Below are positions 1-9,332 of a stretch of DNA of 43,572 bases, in pieces. Within the stretch, counting starts at the first letter, position 1, and each line of letters opens with the position of its first letter. The translations under genes were made by a program, and so were the position numbers. Source of the DNA: a virus (Duplodnaviria; Caudoviricetes); the IMG/VR virus record IMGVR_UViG_3300017777_002171, positions 1-43,572 of that record. One strand, 5' to 3'. The notes below the pieces were generated by a model. That model did no database searches, was not told the origin of the DNA, and worked only from the letters and a program-made list of their open reading frames with translations.

Positions 1-126
1 AGCGTTGCATCCTTTGCGGTCGCCAATACGGCGAATACCACGAGCGTTGCATCCTTTGCGGCAGCCAATACGGCACAGGCTACTGGTGTTGCATCCTTTG
101 CGGTCGCCAACTCGGGCTTCGCCATT
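1..126 (+). repeat. Imperfect 42-bp (14-aa) coding tandem repeat, core GTTGCATCCTTTGCGG
   Basis: GTTGCATCCTTTGCGG occurs at 4, 46 and 88 (42-bp period), encoding VASFA(V/A)AN. Confidence 0.85.
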
Positions 127-918
127 GCAAACGCAGCCATCGCGCGCGCAAATACAGGAATAATGGATGCCGTTTCGGGTCTAATTGTTAGCCGCACTGG
201 AAATGATACCTGGGCTCTATCAGCAGGTGATGTACGAGATACGACCAACACTTACACGATTGCTTTGTCGGCCGCCCTCACCGCTAAGACACTCAGCGGC
301 GCCTGGGCTGCCGGTAGCAGCACGGGAGGTCGCACCGGGGCGGCCGAGGCATCGAGCACGGCGTACCATGTATTTGGCATCTATAACCCATCGACGTTTG
401 TGTCTGATGCCCTCGTTGGTAGCAGCTACACCAGCCCGACGCTACCTTCAGGATTTACCCATTATCGATACCTCGGGACGCTCTATAATGATGGTTCGTC
501 GAATTTGGAACCTCAGTCACACTCAGGTGACTACATTCACTTCGACGCCCCGCTTCTCGTCGTCAGCGACAGCACGTTGACGGCCACCCTCTACGAGACG
601 GCCACCCTGCCGGTTCCGCCGCACGCCATCTGCATGTTGCAGTTCTCGCACAGCGACACGGGTGCCAAAGCAGACTGGCGAAGCGGCCTCAAGAAGGGCG
701 GCGCTTCCCTGCCAACCGCAGCCAACGGCTGGACGAATTTGCAGCAAATCCCGAACATCACAAACGGCATCTCCTTCGAACCCGGCGGCAAGGGCCTTGT
801 GCAAGTCTCATCCACCAGCACGATTCAGTACGGAGTGCAGAACGAGACGACGGTTGCCAGCATCGAGATCTACATCATGGGCTACTTCATCCCGACACGC
901 AGGAACCCCGCGCTATGA
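1..918 (+). CDS. Tail fibre/virion fibre-like protein, C-terminal part (5' truncated by window edge)
   Basis: Frame 1 is open from base 1 (SVASFAVANTANTTSVASFAAANTAQATGVASFAVANSG...) into the listed 163..918 ORF. Ala/Asn-rich heptad-like repeats precede a Ser/Thr/Gly-rich beta-type C-terminal domain. Confidence 0.6.
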   Translation, partial: SVASFAVANTANTTSVASFAAANTAQATGVASFAVANSGFAIANAAIARANTGIMDAVSGLIVSRTGNDTWALSAGDVRDTTNTYTIALSAALTAKTLSGAWAAGSSTGGRTGAAEASSTAYHVFGIYNPSTFVSDALVGSSYTSPTLPSGFTHYRYLGTLYNDGSSNLEPQSHSGDYIHFDAPLLVVSDSTLTATLYETATLPVPPHAICMLQFSHSDTGAKADWRSGLKKGGASLPTAANGWTNLQQIPNITNGISFEPGGKGLVQVSSTSTIQYGVQNETTVASIEIYIMGYFIPTRRNPAL

Positions 919-1280
919 CCATAACTATCTGTAACAAAGACACAGGCCTAGCGATGGGCACCTTCGCTATCATTGGTGTCGATGATAAAGCTGCGCGACT
1001 TCTTTCGGAGGGACATATCGTTGTCAAAGTCGACCAACCTTCTCCAGAGCATCGCTGGAATCAGACCAAAAAGACTTGGGTCAAAGATGCCGAACTTGTA
1101 GCTAAGAAGCAAGAAACAAAGAAGAAATTTTTACTTGCAATGAGCGACCAAGATATGGCTCGGATCAGCGAGGACGTTATTTTCGTTTTGATTGCCAAGG
1201 GAATATTCGCCCTTGATGATCTTCCTCAGGAATCACAAGCAAAGCTCATTGCGCGCGAGAAATTGAGACAAGAGATATAA
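915..1280 (+). CDS. Hypothetical protein, possibly tail-fibre assembly/chaperone
   Basis: ATGA overlap with the fibre gene; W..W motif followed by a helical C-terminus; position typical of fibre chaperones. Confidence 0.45.
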   Translation: MTITICNKDTGLAMGTFAIIGVDDKAARLLSEGHIVVKVDQPSPEHRWNQTKKTWVKDAELVAKKQETKKKFLLAMSDQDMARISEDVIFVLIAKGIFALDDLPQESQAKLIAREKLRQEI

Positions 1281-1286
1281 CAAAAG

Positions 1287-1315
1287 AAAAGCCCCAGCGA
1301 ATAACTGGGGCTTTT
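1287..1315. terminator. Bidirectional rho-independent terminator
   Basis: AAAAGCCCCAG-CGAATAA-CTGGGGCTTTT hairpin between convergent genes. Confidence 0.85.
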
Positions 1316-1321
1316 GCTTGT

Positions 1322-1552
1322 CTAGTACATCGTCTTGATTTCTGACGATGGGTGAATGTTCCACATGAATGATGGAGTCGATCCTGCGAAGCCACCTCCT
1401 GATCGGAGGAACTCAGCATGGTGCTCGGCGTCTTCCTCAAAGGTATATCGAGAAATCTCCCTATCGGTTGCCGCCTCCATGACCTTCCAGAACAAGTTCC
1501 CCTTGTCCTTTGCGACAGTGTGATAGTAAGACTTACTTGGTTTTGCTGCCAT
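1322..1552 (-). CDS. Small hypothetical phage protein
   Basis: 76-aa ORF overlapping the fcl end, with GAGGAG SD, ending at the terminator. Confidence 0.7.
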   Translation of the reverse strand: MAAKPSKSYYHTVAKDKGNLFWKVMEAATDREISRYTFEEDAEHHAEFLRSGGGFAGSTPSFMWNIHPSSEIKTMY

Positions 1553-2456
1553 TTCTATACTCCTCTATCATTGATTTGATCCCTGTGCGAAGCGTATATC
1601 TCTCTTTGAATCCTATCTCCTTCAGGGTCGTGACATCCATGACCTTGGATGGGAACCCGTCAGGCTTGCTCTTGTCGTAGTAAATCTTGCCGGTGAAACC
1701 GACAACATCGGAAATCGTCTGTGCCAGCTCACAGATAGGAACGCGGATGCCATTGCCGATGTTCTGGATCGGGGGCATATTGTATTTCTCAGCAGAAAAA
1801 ACTATTGCTCGGGCAGCATCGTCCACATGCATGAACTCGCGCACGGGCAGACCAGATCCCCAGATATCGACATATGAAGAATTGAGTGCGACGGCATCAC
1901 AGAACCTCTTCACCAAAGCAGCGAGAACATGGCCTGATTGATCGAAATTGTCTCCTGGACCATACAGATTGCATGGAATGAACGTGCGATAGTCGAGGTT
2001 CAAAGACTTGTTTCGGTCGAGCACCAGCTTCATTCCGACAAGCTTGGCCAGAGCGTATCCTTCATTCGAGGGCTCCAGAGCTCCAGTCAGAAGGTGAGAC
2101 TCCTTCAAGTCTTCGGCGATATCCCGCGGATACATGCATGACGATCCCATATAGTAGAATCTAGGAATGGAGACATTCCATGCAGCATGGACAGCATTGA
2201 TCGCCATCTGTGTGTTTTCCAATAGGAAGTCATATTGACGATCCTTGTTCGCCTGAATGCCTCCTACAAGTCCGGCACAGTGAAATACTGCATCTGGTGG
2301 ATCATGTCTTTCCAAGAAGTCAATTGTCTCCTTAGAATTGATCAAATCTGCTTTTCGGGTATCATGTTCAATGATTTCATGAGAATCATAGGCCTGCAAC
2401 TGCCGAACGATTGCGGATCCAAGCATACCGCTCGATCCAAGAACCAAGTATCTCAT
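1533..2456 (-). CDS. fcl: GDP-L-fucose synthase (GDP-4-keto-6-deoxymannose epimerase/reductase)
   Basis: GSSGMLG Rossmann motif, AGLVGGI, GSSCMYP, NEGYALAK (YxxxK), NLYGPGDNF, REFMHVDD; adjacent to gmd. Confidence 0.93.
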   Translation of the reverse strand: MRYLVLGSSGMLGSAIVRQLQAYDSHEIIEHDTRKADLINSKETIDFLERHDPPDAVFHCAGLVGGIQANKDRQYDFLLENTQMAINAVHAAWNVSIPRFYYMGSSCMYPRDIAEDLKESHLLTGALEPSNEGYALAKLVGMKLVLDRNKSLNLDYRTFIPCNLYGPGDNFDQSGHVLAALVKRFCDAVALNSSYVDIWGSGLPVREFMHVDDAARAIVFSAEKYNMPPIQNIGNGIRVPICELAQTISDVVGFTGKIYYDKSKPDGFPSKVMDVTTLKEIGFKERYTLRTGIKSMIEEYRNGSKTK

Positions 2457-3478
2457 GAAGACTTCCCTTCTTCTACCAGATCGTATTCGACCATCTCGGC
2501 GATCAGATCATGGAATGAATATGCAGGTTCCCACTTGAGGTCGACCTCGGCCTTGCGGGCGTCACCTTCCAGGAAATCGACCTCGTTTGGTCTGTAATAC
2601 TTATCGTCAATCATGACACGGAGCTTGCCGGCGGCGTCATAGCCGCGCTCATGTTCGTGCCGACCAGACCATGTGATTGTGATTCCAGCACAGTGGAATG
2701 CATGGGTGATCATTTCGCGCACGGTGTGTGATTCGCCAGTGGCGATTACATAGTTTCCGCCGATCTTCTGCTGCATCATAAGAAACATTGCCTCGACGTA
2801 ATCCTTGGCATGTCCCCAGTCTCGGCGTGCATCGAGATTGCCGACAGTCACCATCTCCTGCTTGCCAGTTGCGATACGAGCGACAGCCTTAGTGATCTTG
2901 CGGGTAACAAAGGTCTCGCCGCGTCGCGGACTCTCATGATTGAACAGAATGCCGCAGGAGATATTCAGATTGTACGCTGACCGATATGTCTGACACATCC
3001 AATATGCATAGAGCTTTGCTGCACCATATGGGGACACAGGATGGAACGCCGTGTGCTCATTCTGCGGGCCCGCAGATGATCCATACATTTCTGAGGTGCA
3101 GGCCTGGTAGAGCTTCGGATGAAGATCCAGAGGAATCAAGCGCATTGCCTCCAGGATGTTTAGTGTACCGATTCCGTCTGCGCGTGCGGTATAGTCTGGT
3201 GTCTCGAATGACACCTTGACGTGAGACTGTGCCGCCAGATTGTAGATATGGTTAGGTCTCACACGGTTCACGATATCGTATACCGAGAGTCCATCGGTCA
3301 TATCACCATAGTGTAGTTTGAGCTTGTCGAAGATATGGTCGATACGTCCCGTGTTGAATGAAGAACTGCGGCGCATGATCCCATGGACTTCCCATCCCTT
3401 ATCGAGGAGAAGCTCGGCCAAGTATGAACCGTCCTGTCCTGTGATGCCTGTGATCAAGGCTTTGCGTCCTACTTTCAT
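2453..3478 (-). CDS. gmd: GDP-mannose 4,6-dehydratase
   Basis: ALITGITGQDGSYLAELLL, LAAQSHV, SPYGAAK, FNHESPRRGETFVTRKIT, RDWGHAKDYV. Confidence 0.97.
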   Translation of the reverse strand: MKVGRKALITGITGQDGSYLAELLLDKGWEVHGIMRRSSSFNTGRIDHIFDKLKLHYGDMTDGLSVYDIVNRVRPNHIYNLAAQSHVKVSFETPDYTARADGIGTLNILEAMRLIPLDLHPKLYQACTSEMYGSSAGPQNEHTAFHPVSPYGAAKLYAYWMCQTYRSAYNLNISCGILFNHESPRRGETFVTRKITKAVARIATGKQEMVTVGNLDARRDWGHAKDYVEAMFLMMQQKIGGNYVIATGESHTVREMITHAFHCAGITITWSGRHEHERGYDAAGKLRVMIDDKYYRPNEVDFLEGDARKAEVDLKWEPAYSFHDLIAEMVEYDLVEEGKSS

Positions 3479-4872
3479 ATCTTGAAATCCTTCAATTTGT
3501 CTTTGATCATCCGCTGTGCGAATGCCGAATTGTTCATGACAGGATTACCAGAGTCTTGGATGTCTTCCTGTGCAGACTGTTCAACGTCGAATAGCTTCAT
3601 CTTCGCTCGGTCGACACCAACGACAAATCGCTTGAACAGCGTCGGATCGTTGTAGCGGTTCTTCAATTGCTTAAACATTAGCTGCCCAAGCTTCTCAAGG
3701 TCTTCGGTCGAGATGATCGCCATCATGAAGTCTGCCGTTGCAGGAAGACCGAATGATTCCGACGTATCCGTGAGCTCCACGTCGGTAGACGAGAAGCCGG
3801 CGCGGGTCGTCTGCGTAGCCGAGACAATCGGGATGTTGAACTCGACTGCGAGGCCGCGAAGCTCCTCGGCGATTGCCTTGATGTAAGTATACGAGTTGAC
3901 GTTGGCGCCAGCTTTGATACGTGCAGAGGCGCAGATATTGAGATAGTCAACATAGATGATATCAGGAACAAAGGACTTCTTGAGGCGAAGCTCATTGAGC
4001 AGCGCACGGAAATTGATGACCGATGCCGATGCCGTTGGGAACTCTTTGATGATCAGCTTGCCCGTGGTCATTTCCTTGATCTTATTGAGCTTCCGATCAT
4101 ACAGGTCTTTGGGCATCTGAACCAGGTCGTCCAGGTCGATATTCAGAAGGTTCGCGTCGATGCGCTCGGCGATCTTCTCTTGAGCCATCTCGGCCGTGAT
4201 ATACAGAACATTGTATCCGGCGACGAGGTTCGCGGCGGCCATGTGACACATGACCAGCGACTTGCCGACGCCGGTGCCGGCGAGCAGGATATTCAGCGTC
4301 TTACGTGGAAGGCCGCCGTTCGTGACCTTGTTCAGATATTCAAGGTCGAACGGAATGCGGAGCTCCTTCTTGTGATAGAAGTCGAAGCGCGCGTCAGAGT
4401 CCTGCAGGTAGTCATGTCCGACATTCGGGTCGAATGAGACTGCCAGGGCTTCCGTTAGAAGCTGGGGAATGGCACCCTTGGTGAGTGCGCCTGCTTCATC
4501 CTTGTCGTCAAGGATCGAAATGCTCTTGAGCACGGCATTATAGATCGCCTTCTCCTGACAGAATTTCTCTGTGGAGTCAAGCAACCACGTTTGGTCTGAC
4601 TTGTCTTCGCGATCTACTGCGATTTCGTCAAGGATACCAAGCATAGCCTGGACTTCATCTTCACGCACCTTCTCCATGTCAGAGATTGCGATAGCCAATG
4701 ACTCCTTGGATGGAGGGGCATTGTACTTGAAGATAAATTCCTGGATCTTCTCAAAGATCGTGCGTTCACGTTGGTCGAGGAAGTAGTTATCTTTTACGAA
4801 CGGGAGAACTTTTCGTGCGAAGGGTTCGTTCCAAATCAGGTTCTTCAACAAAGTCTTCTCGAATCTCATCAA
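3475..4872 (-). CDS. 41: Replicative DNA helicase (T4 gp41-like)
   Basis: Walker A AGTGVGKS, VDYLNIC, AEELRGLAVE, SESFGLPATAD, KQLKNRY; downstream of uvsX. Confidence 0.95.
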   Translation of the reverse strand: MMRFEKTLLKNLIWNEPFARKVLPFVKDNYFLDQRERTIFEKIQEFIFKYNAPPSKESLAIAISDMEKVREDEVQAMLGILDEIAVDREDKSDQTWLLDSTEKFCQEKAIYNAVLKSISILDDKDEAGALTKGAIPQLLTEALAVSFDPNVGHDYLQDSDARFDFYHKKELRIPFDLEYLNKVTNGGLPRKTLNILLAGTGVGKSLVMCHMAAANLVAGYNVLYITAEMAQEKIAERIDANLLNIDLDDLVQMPKDLYDRKLNKIKEMTTGKLIIKEFPTASASVINFRALLNELRLKKSFVPDIIYVDYLNICASARIKAGANVNSYTYIKAIAEELRGLAVEFNIPIVSATQTTRAGFSSTDVELTDTSESFGLPATADFMMAIISTEDLEKLGQLMFKQLKNRYNDPTLFKRFVVGVDRAKMKLFDVEQSAQEDIQDSGNPVMNNSAFAQRMIKDKLKDFKI

Positions 4873-5188
4873 ACAGTTCCTCTGGTTTTACCTGATCAAG
4901 ACCTTGATTGATCTGATCCTCAAGGATCGAGAATAGAATGTCGCCGAGGTAATTGTTGAATTTATCCTCGGCGAAGTATTCTATTGGAACTCCATTGCGT
5001 TCCATAATATCGAAGTCGAAGTTGAGTGGCAGGTTACCGCTCTCATCTTCGGACCCAAATTTCAACACTCCAACACGAATTATAGCACCTTTATAATGCT
5101 TATGCAAGAGCTTTATGAAGTTGGTGTGTGGAAGGCCCTCTTCGGCATGGACTATTTCGTAGTCCCTGCCCTCATTCATTCTATTCAT
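4787..5188 (-). CDS. Hypothetical protein at the gp40 position between uvsX and 41
   Basis: 133-aa ORF coupled to the uvsX stop. Syntenic with T4 gene 40 but no recognisable sequence identity. Confidence 0.6.
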   Translation of the reverse strand: MNRMNEGRDYEIVHAEEGLPHTNFIKLLHKHYKGAIIRVGVLKFGSEDESGNLPLNFDFDIMERNGVPIEYFAEDKFNNYLGDILFSILEDQINQGLDQVKPEELFDEIREDFVEEPDLERTLRTKSSPVRKR

Positions 5189-6236
5189 CGGCGTCGATTT
5201 CAGTGGAATTGATCAGGTTGCCCTGAGAGATACGATACTTGGACCGAATGAAGTCCTTGAAGCTCTTGTCCTGAAGTATAGGCTGCCAGAACTCTGCCGT
5301 ATCAGTGTCGACCGTCTTCACGGCTAGGGCGTCGTCATATTCACCAGTTTCCTGATCGACGGCAGCATACCATCCATTCTTCACCTTTGTGACGTGCTTC
5401 GATTCCAGTGCAAGATCGAGCAGACCGGACCATGCAGAAACACCATCGTCAAACGATACGGTGATGGGGATCAAGGACTTTTCGCGAACATACCGAGACT
5501 TCTCGACCTTGATAATGAACTCGTAACCAACGACCTCATCACCATCTTTATCCTGGCGCCGGCCCACGATGAAAATGTTGTCCGAGGAGTAGTACGAACC
5601 CGTACCACCGCCGACGACATCCTTTGCATATAGCTCAAGGGTCTTGTAGGTGTGGTTCACCACGATCATCGGAATGTCTTTGAGATTCAGGTGAGGGGTG
5701 ACCATGCGGAACAGCGACTTGATTTGCTTGGCGCGCGTCATGTCAGCCTTGTCGCTCTGCTTCATGGCGTCATCGACTTCCTTCTTGGAAGCAAGATTAC
5801 CAATAGAGTCGACCACGATGACGACCTTGTCACCTCGGGTGATCTGATCCAACTGCGCCATGATATCGAATTTGAGTTCCTCGACATTTGTGAGCGGCAC
5901 ATGGAGTACTCGCTTGATATCGATGCCGAGAGCCGAGAAGTATCCGATCGGAGTACCAAACTCTGAGTCATAGAACAGCAGCGTGGCATCCGGATACTTC
6001 TCCAGATAGGCCTTGGCACAGATGAGCGAAAAGAGGGTCTTGAAATGCTTGGATGGACCGGCCCACATGGTAACGCCTGGGGTTAAACCTCCATCGAGGT
6101 CGCCCGAGAGTGCGACATTTAGTGCTGGTACGGCTAGGGGAATCATGTCCTTGGCGGAGAAGAATACCGACTCGGAGAGCACAGAGGTGTGCTTGATTGT
6201 AGTGTTTTTCTTGAGTTTGTCTAGAATTGAGGCCAT
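5181..6236 (-). CDS. uvsX: RecA-like recombinase UvsX
   Basis: AGPSKHFKT Walker A, YDSEFG, DSIGNLASKKE, VEKSRYVREK. Confidence 0.96.
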   Translation of the reverse strand: MASILDKLKKNTTIKHTSVLSESVFFSAKDMIPLAVPALNVALSGDLDGGLTPGVTMWAGPSKHFKTLFSLICAKAYLEKYPDATLLFYDSEFGTPIGYFSALGIDIKRVLHVPLTNVEELKFDIMAQLDQITRGDKVVIVVDSIGNLASKKEVDDAMKQSDKADMTRAKQIKSLFRMVTPHLNLKDIPMIVVNHTYKTLELYAKDVVGGGTGSYYSSDNIFIVGRRQDKDGDEVVGYEFIIKVEKSRYVREKSLIPITVSFDDGVSAWSGLLDLALESKHVTKVKNGWYAAVDQETGEYDDALAVKTVDTDTAEFWQPILQDKSFKDFIRSKYRISQGNLINSTEIDADE

Positions 6237-6260
6237 TGTATGTATCCTGTATTTGGGTGT

Positions 6261-6289
6261 ATTATACTATATGTGCGGTGTATTGTCAA
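6261..6289 (-). promoter_or_regulatory. sigma70-type promoter for uvsX
   Basis: TTGACA-17nt-TATAAT perfect consensus; the -35 overlaps the gp43 stop. Confidence 0.85.
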
Positions 6290-8832
6290 GAGAAGAATGC
6301 TTCAAGAGTGCTCGCCTGTTCAGTCTTCCATCCAATGGAGTCCAGAACAATCTTGAGCGGATCGAGGAACGCCTTCTCAAACATCGTATTGTAGTCTATA
6401 TAGCGTTCCGCATCGAGCTCCTTGGGAAGAACCTGCGCGAATGCCAACACAGGAGACCGGAACGTGTTAGGCTCCTTCATATACATGAACTTGATTTTCT
6501 CGCCTTCCTGAATCGGCGCATAGTCTTTGTCAAGCTTGTGCTGCTTGAGCTGGTGATTGAATACCAGCGAGCCCTTGACATGGATAGGCGAACCTTTGCG
6601 CCAGATCATTGCCGTGTCCGAATACTCAGAGAGTCCATTGACGCTCCGAGGGAATGCGATTTCTTCTGCGGGCAAGGATGAAAACTCTAGGCGGAATTTC
6701 TCGATGAAGGCGACGACCTTATCCTCGTCGCCTTTCATGATCATCTCCATCGCTTCCTTAATCTTGGAGCGGCAAGCGGAAGGCGTCGAGGACTTGATCG
6801 CTTCGAGCCCATGGATCTTCATCTTGGGTTTTGCGTATCGCACGCCTTCGTTGTCATGCACGAATAGAATGTAGCGTTTCTTGGCAGTCCAGATCGCCTT
6901 GGATGCCAGAGCTTCGCGCTTCATTTGCATCTTCTGCTCGAAACCATTCATGTAGTTTTTCAGTCGATCATATGACTTATCGATGAATGGCTGGATGCGT
7001 TCCTCTGTGATTGCATCCATGAAATTGATCTTCTTCTCATCTGGCACGGACTCGGACATATGAGCGTCGATCAGATTCGCGAAGGACAAGTAGATGGAAT
7101 CTGTGTCTGATGCAATGACGTAATCGTGGTCTTTCGTTCCAGAGATTTTATTCATATACCCATTGAGGTCTTTCTCAATCCACCGAATGGATAGCTGACC
7201 CGCAAGGGTTACGGCTTCTGCAATTCGCACATCGAAGAACCGGAACCACTGGTTGCCGATGGTGCCATATGCCGAATTGAGCGACACCTTCATGGCCAAC
7301 TGCATATTGTTGAAGCGGGCGATGCGCTTTTCAATCTCTTTGCGCGCCTCTGGATCAGTAGCTTTCTCAAGCTCTTTCTTGGCTTCGGTCGCCTTCTTCT
7401 TGAAGACCGTACGGTTGTCGTACATGGTCTGCATGATCTCCGCAAGGAACCCCTGCTTGTCAACACGGAAGAATTGCTTGTTCGGGGTGACCGTCACTCC
7501 AGCGATCTGCAATGGGAGCGTATCAATTTCCTGATTGAGGAACCCATCGACCGTGATCTTCTGCGTCATAAACTCATGCATCTCAGGCGTATACTGGAAC
7601 GGCTCCACGAGCATGTCGGGAGACAGGTTGTATTGCATGATCAAATGTGGATACAGCGAGTTCAAGTCGTAGGACGCGATCCACGAATGCATTCCCAGGA
7701 TCGGGTCCTTGACGTAGGCACCCTCATACTTTTCGTCTTTCGATACATGACGCTTAGGGGGAATGACGATGTTCTGACGGAGCAGATGATTGAACGTGAT
7801 GGCATCCCACATGCGAACCTGAGAGAACACGTCGTCATAGTTGGTGCGGGCTGAGTATGCCAGAGTCAGCGCCAACTCAAAGAGCTTGAGCTTGTCGTCC
7901 ATCTTCTCGATAAGGCGACAGTCCTGGATGTTGTAATCGATGAATTTCGGGTAGTTCATTCGATAGAGCTTGTGAAGATTGCCATACTCCTCGTATGACA
8001 GCTTCTTCTCGCCAATCTCGACGTGCGCGATATGGTCTAGCTTATAGGACTCTTGCGATGCGCCATTGGGGGAAAACTTGCGGAATAGCTCGATATAATC
8101 AAGCATCGCGACACCAGACAATTCATAGGCCATCTGCTCGCGACCCATGAAGGCGACAGTCCGCTCACCTAGCTTGCCCCATGGGGATAGTCGGTTAGCT
8201 TCCTTTGCGCCAAGGACTTTCTTGATCCGATTGATGATGTATGGAAAGTCGAAGAATTTGATGTTCCATCCAGAGATGATATCCGGATAGTCGAGAGTCC
8301 AGAGGTCGAGGAACTTCTGGATCAATTCGATTTCGTTGCGGCACTTGTTATAGACAACATCGGGAGAGGTTGCCGTATAGTCGCCGCAGCCAAAGACTTG
8401 ATAGATGCCCTTGGTCTTGAACGTGATCGCCGTGATTTCTTCATTGGCGAGCGAAGGCTCGGGGAACCCATTCTCGGAACCGACCTCGATATCGATGATG
8501 CCGATATTCAGCGCCGAGATATCCCAGTCGATATCTTCCTTGAACGTATCGGCAATGAAGCCGTACTCGAAGGACTGATTGCCATAGATCGTGAAACCAG
8601 AGACATCCTTGTAGGTTCGGATGAAGTCTCTGGTTTCGCGGATCGACCCTGGCTGAATTGCCTCGACGGTTTCGCCGTGCAACGTTTTGAACGGGGAGGG
8701 GTTCTTTGAGGAGAGGTAGAGAGTCGGACGGTATTCGATCTTCTGCCGAATCTTCTTACCGTTGCGGATTGCTCTCAGACAGATATTGTCGCCAATGACC
8801 TGTACGTTTGTGTAGTAGGCTGCATTTTTCAT
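6286..8832 (-). CDS. 43: Family B DNA polymerase (T4 gp43-like), uninterrupted
   Basis: Exonuclease DIEV, YDLNSLYPH, KVSLNSAYG, ASDTDSIY, AKKRY. Confidence 0.97.
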   Translation of the reverse strand: MKNAAYYTNVQVIGDNICLRAIRNGKKIRQKIEYRPTLYLSSKNPSPFKTLHGETVEAIQPGSIRETRDFIRTYKDVSGFTIYGNQSFEYGFIADTFKEDIDWDISALNIGIIDIEVGSENGFPEPSLANEEITAITFKTKGIYQVFGCGDYTATSPDVVYNKCRNEIELIQKFLDLWTLDYPDIISGWNIKFFDFPYIINRIKKVLGAKEANRLSPWGKLGERTVAFMGREQMAYELSGVAMLDYIELFRKFSPNGASQESYKLDHIAHVEIGEKKLSYEEYGNLHKLYRMNYPKFIDYNIQDCRLIEKMDDKLKLFELALTLAYSARTNYDDVFSQVRMWDAITFNHLLRQNIVIPPKRHVSKDEKYEGAYVKDPILGMHSWIASYDLNSLYPHLIMQYNLSPDMLVEPFQYTPEMHEFMTQKITVDGFLNQEIDTLPLQIAGVTVTPNKQFFRVDKQGFLAEIMQTMYDNRTVFKKKATEAKKELEKATDPEARKEIEKRIARFNNMQLAMKVSLNSAYGTIGNQWFRFFDVRIAEAVTLAGQLSIRWIEKDLNGYMNKISGTKDHDYVIASDTDSIYLSFANLIDAHMSESVPDEKKINFMDAITEERIQPFIDKSYDRLKNYMNGFEQKMQMKREALASKAIWTAKKRYILFVHDNEGVRYAKPKMKIHGLEAIKSSTPSACRSKIKEAMEMIMKGDEDKVVAFIEKFRLEFSSLPAEEIAFPRSVNGLSEYSDTAMIWRKGSPIHVKGSLVFNHQLKQHKLDKDYAPIQEGEKIKFMYMKEPNTFRSPVLAFAQVLPKELDAERYIDYNTMFEKAFLDPLKIVLDSIGWKTEQASTLEAFFS

Positions 8833-8838
8833 TCAGAC

Positions 8839-8867
8839 AGTATATCACATTATCTAGGAACAATCAA
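8839..8867 (-). promoter_or_regulatory. sigma70-type promoter for gp43, probably leaderless
   Basis: TTGATT-17nt-TATACT (TG extension), only 6 nt before the ATG. Confidence 0.65.
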
Positions 8868-9161
8868 GCCGCTTTTTTGGATCGGGAGGGCCAGAGGAGA
8901 GAAGATTGAGGCGTACTGTGAGGCCATATCCTTCGCGGCATCCATGATGAATACCACTTTGTCGGCTGCGATGTTTGCGCCCTTGGCCCAATCGACATAG
9001 GGAGCAAATGGGGCGAGGCCGATGGAGATTCCTTCGGTGCCAGGCTTGGGCGGCACCATCATGATGCGAAGGGGATTCATCACGGTATAGGAACCATTGT
9101 TCATGGTCACATCGGCGACCAATTCTTCGCCGGTGACCAGCTTGAGAACGCGAATATTCAT
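8850..9161 (-). CDS. Conserved T4-like small protein (Sm-like fold predicted)
   Basis: MNIRVLKLVTGEELVADV start resembles small proteins found next to gp43 in T4-like phages. Confidence 0.7.
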   Translation of the reverse strand: MNIRVLKLVTGEELVADVTMNNGSYTVMNPLRIMMVPPKPGTEGISIGLAPFAPYVDWAKGANIAADKVVFIMDAAKDMASQYASIFSPLALPIQKSGLIVPR

Positions 9162-9331
9162 GACGCAACCTCCACGAGATAGTCATAGACCCCGATTGGG
9201 ATCCAAATCTTTGGGATAAGCATTTCCTTATCCTCGTAGTCTTCCAGGTCGACCGACGGGTCGATCATGTACCGAAAGAGTACCCACTTGCCGTCGTACT
9301 TGCGCTGCTGAAATTCAAAGGTACCAGACAT
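9158..9331 (-). CDS. 57-aa hypothetical protein missing from the ORF track
   Basis: MSGTFEFQQRKYDGKWVLFRYMIDPSVDLEDYEDKEMLIPKIWIPIGVYDYLVEVAS*; GGAG SD; fills the gap with an ATGA overlap downstream. Confidence 0.7.
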   Translation of the reverse strand: MSGTFEFQQRKYDGKWVLFRYMIDPSVDLEDYEDKEMLIPKIWIPIGVYDYLVEVAS

Positions 9332-9332
9332 A

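Noticed and set aside
4787-4872. 86-nt overlap with gene 41 as a frameshift sign
   Set aside because: Gene 41 has its own SD and a normal N-terminus; the overlap is a simple C-terminal run-on.
6286-8832. Intron or intein in the polymerase (also checked helicases by length)
   Set aside because: Lengths and motif spacing are normal, with no splice motifs.
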